DNA of 64,000 nt, taken from contig JAQGDQ010000006.1 in the NCBI GenBank assembly GCA_030141605.1, forward strand, positions 682,001 to 746,000, read 5' to 3'. Both the position numbers and the translations under genes were made by a program. The DNA is from Tubiluchus corallicola. Its lineage: Eukaryota; Animalia; Priapulida. The notes beneath the pieces were generated by a model. It was not told the origin of the DNA. It saw nothing but the letters and a program-made list of their open reading frames with translations, and searched no databases. Positions 53,636 through 64,000 of the stretch are shown here, in pieces. The stretch's first letter is position 1; each line of letters starts with the position of its first letter.

Positions 53636-56600
53636 ATGGAGGCTGTGCCGAAAATGCCGATGATTTCGTTGCAGTTAAAAACAAGTCCCGAGAACACAGA
53701 ATTTGATGTCACGCTTAGAAAGGCAAGCTTGTAATATTTTTTTGGATTCTCTTGTGATTTTTGGTCGTTACGTGTGCTTGTTCCATTAGAATGATTAGGA
53801 GAGGCAGTGTTTTTTCTATAGGTCAATGGAGAGTGCCTTCGTAATAATGAATGAGTCACAGTCACCTGACGAGTCCTAATAACAATATTCAGTTGGCGTG
53901 AGCGTGTTCTTTTCCTAGTTCTTGGCAAAGCTGTTCAGAAGCTTTTGTATGGTTTCGGACTTAATGTCTGTTATCCGCAATATGCTGCTATTTGCAAATT
54001 AAATGTACTGGTAGTAGTACTAGTACGTACTGCTTTTGATCGTCAAACAGTGACATCACTAGGGTTTTTGGCGTCCCCAGCAAAAGTCCTGTATAGGGTT
54101 TTGCTTGACCCCTTTTTCAAGAAAAAACTCAAAACTACGGCGAGGCACACACACAGCTCAACACAACAATTTAAGAGGCGATAAATTAGAAACGATGCAG
54201 CATCGATCAAAGAACCGATAGGCAGGCGCCCATCGTCTGTTAATAGGTCACATGTAAACAGTTGCTATAGTGCATTTTCATAAATACAAGCTCAATGACG
54301 GCATTTGTCTAGTTTTCCCGCCTTTTTGTTTTCTGCTACCATCACCATTGTTGACATTTTAGTTGGTAAGTCAAAATAAGAGAATCAGAAATAAAACGGT
54401 GTAAAATAATTCAAGGCCAATGGATGCTAAGTGGGTGGATGGTGGCATATCTATTTATATTAAAAAATTACCCTTTCCAAGAAATTTGGCACCCCACAGT
54501 ATGGCGGCCGAAGACATTGGCAAAGTACTCACAGGCAGGTATTATCATGAATTGGCCTACATGTCAAACATCTGGTCTTCAATTAAAGCCTTATAATTAT
54601 TGTAGAACGTGAGCATTCTAAGTGTAGTTAATGTTAAAATGGCCACAGACTTCTTTAATTAGGGCATTTTTAATTAATTTTTGTTCAGAAAAAGTAAAAA
54701 GGTTCTACAAGACAACAAAAGCAAGAGAAACAAACATGTGCAGAACACCTCATTACACTTTGTGTCAGTATAATGTTAAGTTTAAAATAGATAAAAATTA
54801 GGAATTGTTTAATGTATAACACATAAATGGTTTAATGTATGCATAATATATTTGATGTACTTAAATTGTATGCATAATAATGGACAGCTGTAATTTGCCT
54901 TATTTACACTATTTAATATTGTTTTTCATATTTTTCACATTCACAGTGTTACTGTTAGCTGTCATCCGAGAAGTGAGAAGACATTCGGATGTTAAAAATT
55001 TTCCCATTTACACAATGTCCGACAAAGTCTCTCCGACACCATCCGATTTTGTTGGGTAACTTTGTCTGATCATGTAAATGATTCATCTGACTTCATCCAA
55101 CAATCTGATTTTGTTGGATCATGTAAATAGGGCATTACATTTTGTTTTCTCTTCCAAAATTACATGCCCATTTACTTATTATCATGTATAGTTACCTAGT
55201 GGCACCCAAGATTACAAGTAGTATGTCCCTGACTTGTTTAAATCTGGAATCTGAACCACTACATAAGAATTGAGGTTAGTGTTGTATCTGTTCTGTTAAA
55301 ATTTGAGGGGTGATATAACATCTATTAACTTTACTTTTTTGTAATTAGATATTTATAATTTTCAGTATATACGAGAGCATTATAATGAAAATCCAGATTT
55401 GTACAGTAAAGAAATTAAAGAACTTGAGCAGCTAAGACAGGTAAGATTTCACATGTTTGTAATTAATTGACAAAATTTGCTACCTGTAAGACCTGTTGAT
55501 TAACTCGGTGAGAAAAGCAATAGCATATATGGCTGTTGTTATTATTGCTTTTGCTTGCCATATAGCTATATAGGAGTCGAGCTTAAGTGTTAGTGTCCAT
55601 TTAACTACACAGTACCATAATTTTATTTATTATAGTGATACTGTGGTATACCATATAGACAGAATTTTTAATTATTGCAAAATATAAAGTGGCAAAATCA
55701 GCGCAATTAAAATCTCTCGAAATACAGTTTCATACGATGATTGGAAAATCGCTGATCAGTGACTGATTTCCTAACTGTGAAAGTATAGTGTTTGAGTTCC
55801 TGCTGGTTTAATTTTCTGTAATACTCGTATACTACAAATGCATTATTGCTAAATTGCGTAGTGCATGCAGGGTGTTTAGTTCAAAAATGTACCCTATAGT
55901 AAAGTATGTGGTGTAACACACTTACACATGCTGACATGCATGACATTTGATGTGGCTTTTAGCAGTAGAACCTGGCCATTTTATATAGCAAACTGTTAGC
56001 AATTTTGCAGGATTCAATAATATTTTTTAATTAGTTTCTGCTTGAAAAAATAATTTTGCTTTACATTGTTCTTTCAGAATGCGATAAAAGCGTCACACGA
56101 TTTCATTGGGTGCAGCACACTGAAAAAATACTTTGCTCAGCTGCATCTCTTACAAAGCCGTTTTCCAATGAGTGAAGGTGGTGCATGCGCTGTTTCTTTT
56201 ACTTGGTAAGAGCAACATTGATCATTATAAAGATAGCATGTTTAATGAACATATGGAGTATACAAAGTGTACATGTACAATCCCACATGATGCTAAAGAA
56301 CATAGATGCAATATGATAAGTAATGCAGTGGATGTTGTTAATAATAACATTGTTACTCATATTAAAATATTTTTTTTATAAAAAAAAGCCTTGCATTTTT
56401 GTCACTTTTGTCACACAGCTTTCAACAGGAATCGAACTAATACTATTCAAATCAAAATCAACCATTTTGTTCCATTGTAGCTATAATTTATAGAGTCTGT
56501 TTTATAAAAACAATCAACTGCAATATTCTATTGCAATAAAAAAACATGATTAACTGCACATCTACATGCAATCCTTTGCTTTTATAATGCCTATCTTACG

Positions 56601-59600
56601 GTGAAGGTAAGCATTAATGCAGTGTTCTTGGACTAAAACCGGTTTTATTACATAGGTGAGGCAGTATTAATTGCATAAACTTTACATCAAGACTAAATTA
56701 CCATTCAAATAAATTTGTTGCATGCTTTTAATTTTATACTCTTAGGCAGGCATTCTTTAGAAGTATTTTTCCTTTGAATTGGTTAAAAAATATAAAATAC
56801 ACTTGATAAACTGCTCTTTCATGAGTGTGAGTTAAAAATGAACTAATCGAAGCTCAACTACAATGTTGTAATAAATGGTCATGTGCACTGCAGTTCACAA
56901 ACTCCTGAAACTCAAAGGAAAAGCCAAAGCTTATGGGTAGTTGAGCTTATTTTGATATTTAAGAAAAATGTTAGACAGTTTCAGCAATAAAACTGTGATA
57001 AGTGCCTCTTGTAATTAGTAAAATCAATTTTAAAGTCCAGACTGTTTCAAGCTTGGGCACACTCATTTTGAACGAAAATTGATGTCAATTGGTTACAGTG
57101 CAATATCAATACTTGAGCAAACTTTTTTGCAGCTGCAGCTGTTATTATCAACTATAAACTGTCCACAACATTAAGCAAGAGATTATTTATGTTTTATTCT
57201 CTTCTGATGTATCTTGTCATCCACTTTGTAATGAAAAACAGTTCGTGTTGACAGAATAGTAAACTTGAAACTCGGTTAGTTAACACAGATAAGCTACAGA
57301 GTAATTAGTTTAAGAAGTTAATAATTTTCAACTTTATAATCTAAATAACCCATACAGCACTTACTATATGTTTGCAGAATTATGTGCTTGTCTGAAAGTT
57401 CACAAACATCTCTGTGTACAGTACTTATATATTTTAAGGTATTAATCCTGTGGATTAAAGCTACATAAACTCTATAAAGTCAAGTAATCTATTTGATGAC
57501 TAATTTTTAAGTAAACACAAAGATTTAGTCAGCTAGAATTCCTGAGTGAACTGCATAAATTTTGCTGTCGTACCTTCGTGCTGTCCACCAACTTACATCA
57601 TTTTTTCAAATGTGCCAGCAATGATATTCGTTTGGTGGGAGATAAGAATGATTTAATTTTGTGCATTTTTAAGCAAGGCTTGTAGGTGTATATTGTGTGG
57701 TAATAACAATATTTTAATTGTATAGTATATTAAAATACAAAGAATGTTGCTCGAGTGTTGGATTTTCCTTTAGGTAATTATAGCCACTGGTGAGCTTTAC
57801 ATATGCCACTCTGGTTAGTAAACTTGTATTGTACATGTTTGTATTTATTGAATTTGTAGGGCTGATGTATATACAAGCACTTGGGGCACGTATAATGATA
57901 TTAAGTTTGAAATGTCAGCCATCATGTATAATATTGGCGCCTTACATTCTATGCTGGGGTCTATGGATAACCGGCAGTCAGCTGAGGTACGAAGAACATT
58001 TGTATCATTTAGTTGCTTTTTAATACTGTTTTGTGGATTGTCTTATTGTTTATATGTAGGGGGACAAATAGTTTATTGATGAGAAATTTTTAAAATTCTT
58101 ACTAAACAAAGTCCAGTAATTCAAGACAGTGAGAGCTCGTAATAGTATTTTAACTTTTTTCTGGAGTATTTTCCATCATTTTCCTTTATCATAAGCTGAT
58201 ATGAGAAACCTCAAATTTGAGATTTTTGTCACATTTCCAAGTATTGATTGCGGAATTAAATTTTTGTGATTTCGTTTCAAAAATATTTGTACATTCTATA
58301 ATTTTTTATGGATTTCTAGAGACATCAATTTTTAAAGGTCCTCTGTTAAGAAAGGCTACTTTAATTACCTCGGTCGTTAATCATTGAGTTGTGTCAGTTT
58401 TTGTACTGTAATGTTATCTAATTATCATTACTAATATTTCTGTGTAAAACACCATAAAAATGTGTGTGAAATATAAGACTAAAACAGTATGCTGCTAACT
58501 GAAAGTTGCTGGGTAGTTGTTGTGCAAACTTCGTTAATGCCTTGCCAGTCAGCACTCTGTGGTTAGACTTTAATGAGTTTGCAAAATTCGAAGCAAAAAC
58601 TGTAACCGTCAGCAAGTTACATGTATTTTGCAATCCAGTCTGGAGGAATAATTCCCATCAGTATGGAGAGTGCAAACATTACAGCCAACTCATTTTCTGT
58701 TTAAAACCTTAAATTGATGCAAATTGCAAATAGCTAGAAGTAATTTTTTACCCAGCTGAGTAATAATCCATGAAACAGCAAAGCTGACCTGCCTAATTGT
58801 CCAAAATCCTGATTCAGCTAATGTCTTTAACAATTAACAACATCTAAGCCACAATTTCCTGTTTAGGGCATGAAAGTATCTTGTACTCATTTTCAATGTG
58901 CAGCCTGGGCTTTCCAGTATTTAAGAGATGAAATTCAGACTACTAGTACAGATATGGCTCATGAGTTGACAAATTATTACATCAATGTAATGCTGGTACG
59001 TTCTGTTTTAACTGTATACATAATGTATTTTATTATAGGCATTATATATTGAATAATGTAGTAAAAGTTATTTTCTTCTCATTTTTCAATTTTTGTTCTT
59101 TTGTTAAAACTAGAAATGATCTGCTTGTTCGTCCTAACAATAGGATAAATTAATGCAAATTTTTAATCAACTTGACAGTTTAACATTGAAATCTACTAAT
59201 AAGTAACAGCATAGTATAATGTGCTATGTACTACGGATTTTGGCAGAATTACGGCTGTTATTCTTAATATGCCACTAAGACTGTATTTTGTAAACATGCT
59301 GCAATATAAGGATGGGACACGTGGTAGCTTGCCTAATACCGATATGGCACGTGATGTGCTGAATGTCTATGTAAATCTCATGCTGGTAAGTCAGTCTGTT
59401 AATATGGGAATGCTTCTGCTTTGCTATGTGCTACTATACTATTAAAAATTCAATTTACTTTGTTTTCTTGATTGTATGACTCAGTCAATATGTTAAACTC
59501 TATTTACCACAAATATATGGCTGTGCATTGTAAACATCGACATTATACCATAAACCCTAATTGAAATTACAGTCATCCTGTTGGTTAATCCTTTTATTGC

Positions 59601-62600
59601 TTTTCCTAAAACACTCATTTTTCTTCTTGCTTCACTGATTTTTTTACTCATAAGTTTTACTTTTTAAAGAATGAGAGAAAATCCAAGTGTGCATTTTTTA
59701 AGTTTTTTTGCTGTTTTGCAATGACACTGTTGTGATTAGCTAGCTTCAGAGGTAAAAATTATTAGAAGTTCTGCGTTCTTGATTTCCTGAATGGTTATCG
59801 GTGCTGTCCATTTTGCAGTTGTATGAACTTACTAATTTTACTATTATGAAGCTAAACACTAGTTATGTAGTTAGTACTATTACTTAGTACAGTTTAACAT
59901 GTCATGTGACACAAAAAATGTGTTGAAGTTTTGATCACAATATTGCAGGAAGAAAATAATGGAATCATTTGAAAATTACTACATTGATCTTATGTATAAA
60001 CACCAAAAATCTTAGCTCATTCCCTTAGATTTGTCAGAAAATACAGAAATTTTAAATCAACATGTTAAAAAAATAAATGCGGGAAAAAAATTGTGTCACT
60101 ATTGTTAACATTTGCCTTCACTGCTCACTGTGTCCTCCATTTTCACTGCAAACTAGACGAAGGCATTTCTTCTAATAGCTGACTCAGCTTCTCACTTCTT
60201 TAAAGGGTATTTCATCCCAACACTCAATTTTTGCCTTTAGTTCTTTTGCATAAAATGACTCTGTGTGGCCATTGTACACTTTCTCCTTAAAGTAATTCCA
60301 TATTCAATCATTCAGAGGATTATATCACATTTTTTGCTGATAGCAAATCTTTATCTGTGCTTTATTTTCGGTGGTGAGGACCATGAATGTCCATGGTGAA
60401 ACATGTGAATTTCTTTGTTTACTGCGATGTAGTGAGTGCTTCTTTCGTCATGCGCAGCTGTTTTTCAGTTGATGATTATAGACGACATTATTACGGCATT
60501 TGGTTTTTTGACATGCATAAGCCATTTAGCCATAACCTAAAGACCACAAAAACTATAAACTTGTACCTTTTGCAGCCAACAGTTAATATATTGTAATATC
60601 ATGCTGTGAAATTACAACTTTGTAGAGCACGTGCTTCTAATGGTATTGTAATTAATCTAAGCTTCGACACACTGTTTCTGCACTGGATATATTGTAAATG
60701 TTTTGTAAAGACTGATAGTACAACAACATTTGATTTTATGTTGCATTTTGTCATATTTCGTCATACCTGATAACCTACTTTGACTTGTATTTTAATGAAA
60801 AATATAGGTAGTATGTAAAAATTTGCCATGTAATTAAATTTGAGTTGCTAATTTGCTGACAGGCTCAAGCACAGGAGTGCATTCTTGAAAAATCAATGCA
60901 AGATAACAGGAAGAACACTATTGTAGCTAAAGTGGCGACACAGGTGGCAGAGTATTATCGACAGGCTATCAAACATCTTGATCCACATGGCAAAGTACAG
61001 CTTTATGTTGGTTCAAAGCAGTGCAAAGTAAATTAGTTTCATTTATTTTTGTCTGTTTAAAGTAAACTAATTTTCATTTTGAACTTTTGATTTATGTGAC
61101 AGTACTTTATGCCTGATTCATTAATGTAGTCCATGGTTATGCTAGTTCCTGGACCTAGAGATAAATGACATTCGTGAATGTGTAATAAAAATACTTCGAT
61201 AAAAATTTTACACTGTAAAAGTGCAGAGTGGCATCAAAGCTTGCTTGGGAAATGAAACTGTGTTCACTGAATTCAAACTAATAACGAATTCCCAAAGTTC
61301 TGGAAAAATTTTGTCCTATGCAAGATTAAATTTTACTGCTTGATTTTTTTATATGTGCAATTTGGCATATCGTAAACTATGATCTAGCAGGGCCTCATTC
61401 AATATAGATGATTGTGGCAGGATTGGAACTTTCTCATTATTAAAATGACACTTTATGACTGTACAGTCAAATCTCATTATAATGCCCCCTTTTGTAATGC
61501 CAACTTCACTTAATGTCAGCATTTTGTTGCAAAACAAAATATCCGCATTTGCATTCACATGTATGCATTAAGGTACCTCGTTATAATGCCAAATTTGCTA
61601 GAATGCCAACTTTTTTGGAGTCCCATAGTAGGTGGTTTAAAGAGGTTTGATTGTATTCTAAAATGAAACACCGAACCAGCAATGCCACAATCCATTGTGC
61701 ATGCATCCTCCATCAGTGAATTAATTGTGCTGTAATTATTTAATTACTGATCATTTCATGTTAGTTTTGGTGACTGAGATTATATTAGTATATTTGTATA
61801 AAACTACGATTAGATTCCTGTGGTCATTTTGTTACATTATTTTTGGAATTTATTGGCTTTATTGTGTTTATAGGATTTACTGAAAAAAGCAACTGATGCT
61901 TATAATTGCACTGGAATCTTTTTTTTTTTGTTACTTTTGTACTAGGAATGGCGCAAAATGCTTGAAATCAAAATTCCTTATTATGAATGTGTGTCACGCC
62001 TTTACTCTGGCAACCATTCTGAGGAGCAGCAACAATGGGGAGAGAGTGTGGCGTATTATGAAATGGCTCTGGAGAAGTTAAATGAGGCCATAAAACTGGC
62101 TAAGGGGAAGGGAGATGACATTCAAGAAGCTTTGAGATTCACAATGGATGTTGTTGGTGGAAAGTGAGTATATTTGTTGTTGAAGTTGTAGATATTTGCA
62201 AATTTATAGAAGAAGATATAAAATCTTTTGCTAGAGATGCAAAAAAAAACAAGTTATAATATCAACGCTTTTATTTATCAGACTTGTAAATTCTTGTAAA
62301 TTTTTAATTTTACATGCACTCAGTATTTAGTGTGCAGACCTTGCACTTCTTGCACAACCTGCCATCGTGGAAGCTATGAGTCATTTGTACGAGTATTACT
62401 CTTAGTTAAATTGGCTGTGATCACCACTACCCTTAAGAGAAACTCTTGAAACTTGCAAGACGTACTAGAGGACTGATTATTACCAATAAAAATCACAAAA
62501 ATTCGTGCAAGGTCAGTTGTTTCATTTCTCTTATAGAAAAATGTTGAAAATTTGTTGCTGTATGTTTACGCAAAATATCTAGTCACATAGTGCTTGAGCT

Positions 62601-64000
62601 GCAGTTGGTGCTGACCTTGTTTCCCCTGTGAAAAGCAGTAGGAACTTCAAACGCAAACCGCTGGGCAAGTGAGTAAATTTTACCTTCCAGAAACAATGAG
62701 ATTAACTGCAATGGACAAGCGGGTGACAGATTCAACGCAAAACAGCTACGCTAACATATTGGCAGATGATAATCGTATTGTCCTTGCTTACGTATATATT
62801 TCAGTGCATAAAATTAGCGTAAAGATCATATAAAAGCGGTATAAGCTCTTTGGGCACACACAAGCATCTTATTTTAAGTACATGAAGGAAAAATATTGAC
62901 TCAGTTATGCAGAGTTACTTGAGTCAAGTACCGACAGTTTTTATTTACATTTGAACAGGAGCGGCCCGTACTAGATTATTTTTGAGTCAGTTAGGCAACT
63001 GATTCTATTAACCGTGAGTCTGATAAACGGCGCCTATTGTACATTAAAAAAACTGCAAATTTTCACAAGCTTAACCTTTTGTATTAACTAGCTGGACTCA
63101 TATACGTTAGAATTGTTCAAAAAATTAGTTCTAAATAAAATTTTTAGTAATTTATGTAAATTGTGTCAGTGGCAAAGAAGTTACTTTGATGTCAGAGACA
63201 CAGCTAATTCCAGAATCACTGTTAGCTCAAAAATAACATTGTGTGAAAACCTAGTGGACTAATTGTTCCTGTAATACAATCTCTTTAAAGAAAGTATCTT
63301 ATTCAGCAATTTAATCCAGTATTTATAAATATACGTTCAGTGGATATGATATCATAGAGCATCCTTCTGAAATTAGATAATTTTTTTCCTGAATATGTGG
63401 TGTTCTTATATTTTAGGTACAACTCTGCTAAAAAGGATAATGATTTTGTTTATCACGAAAAAGTGCCGCCATTTGAGTCACTTCCTGAAGTTAAAGGTAT
63501 TTAAGTAATGCTACTACTAAATATAAATTTTTGTGCTGTCTTGTTCTAATATAGTTTTAAAAGAAACTTCAAAACAAACAAACAAACTTTAAAAGAAGCA
63601 TTAATTTGTGCTACTGTTCATTACTACTAATTTATTTGGAATTGTTACCTATTAAAAAACCATTTTTGTCTTTTTTTTTAAATTAATAGTTCTGATTGCA
63701 ATTTTTAACACAGTACTAAAAATTTGTCATTGCCTATATACTGCTTTGTAGTACGCAATATTTATTTCACCTTATATTATTTTACTGTAAATAAATGTGT
63801 GCATTTTTGCAACTTCCAATAATCTGTAATATTTGTTGCAGTTTCATACAGTACACAGCTTCTTGTACTTGACTTAAACGAAATGTCTAGCTCATTTATT
63901 GCTTGATTTGCATTTAATAGAAAAAATTATAATTTTATTTTCTTGTTCTTCAGGTGCCTCATTGGTGAAAGGTATCCCATTTAATCCTACTGACAAAGAC
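53636..64000 (+). CDS. PTPN23: Tyrosine-protein phosphatase non-receptor type 23 (HD-PTP), Bro1 domain; truncated by window end
   Basis: Exons 53636-53722, 55366-55440, 56078-56205, 57860-57986, 58867-58995, 60863-61027, 61946-62163, 63417-63496 and 63954 to beyond 64000. Motifs MEAVPKMPMI, YNIGALHSMLG, GMKVSCTHFQCAA, AQAQECILEKS and ALRFTMDVVGGKYNSAKKDNDFVYHE match PTPN23 rather than ALIX. Confidence 0.95.
54896..55134. mobile_element. Probable PIF/Harbinger-like MITE
   Basis: Imperfect TIRs TGCCTTATTTACA and TGTAAATAGGGCA, followed by TTA, with internal CCGA/TCGG repeats. Confidence 0.45.
59311..59385 (+). CDS. PTPN23: Candidate alternative PTPN23 exon (diverged partial duplicate of exon 58867-58995)
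   Basis: Encodes DGTRGSLPNTDMARDVLNVYVNLML and ends at a consensus donor CTG|GTAAGT. It is paralogous to DEIQTTSTDMAHELTNYYINVML|GTACGT. The 5' boundary is uncertain. Confidence 0.6.
61464..61653. mobile_element. Tc1/mariner (Tigger-like) MITE
   Basis: TA-flanked TIRs CAGTCAAATCTC and GAGGTTTGATTG, with internal ATAATGCC repeats. Confidence 0.7.
62640..63040 (-). mobile_element. Second partial copy of the Tigger/pogo element end seen at about 32430-32801
   Basis: Shares CTGATTCTATTAACCGTGAGTCT and GCAAGTGA..AAAT...CTTCCAGAAA blocks with the 31301-32801 element and ends in TTGTA. Confidence 0.7.

Noticed and set aside
53611-53928. 105-aa basic ORF antisense to PTPN23 exon 1
   Set aside because: Non-ATG start, no recognisable domain, and it overlaps a real exon on the other strand.

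Overview
AT-rich, intron-rich animal (invertebrate-like) genomic DNA with five protein-coding genes, reconstructed by hand from splice sites and recalled protein homology. They are UBE2E (+, 737-14240), MSH4 (-, 37351-16702, 21 coding exons), a GRASP55/65 Golgi stacking gene (+, 38620-46776), an intronless ankyrin-repeat gene with a FEM1-like C-terminal BC/VHL box (-, 48250-49956), and the 5' part of PTPN23/HD-PTP (+, from 53636 past the window end). Introns carry hAT and Tc1/mariner MITEs, a Tigger/pogo remnant, an Academ-like remnant, a 5'-truncated LINE and two minisatellites. The most interesting signals concern splicing. (i) The 10.6 kb UBE2E intron holds candidate alternative first coding exons that end in the same S-A-x-R phase-2 junction as the canonical exon, suggesting interchangeable N-termini on one E2 core. 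(ii) PTPN23 has a diverged but apparently constrained partial duplicate of a Bro1-domain exon. (iii) MSH4 needs a 13-nt microexon to keep frame. (iv) Two GC-AG introns are present. A GC-rich, hairpin-dense island at about 51.2-51.5 kb is unexplained. No database searches were run, so all family assignments rest on recognised motifs.
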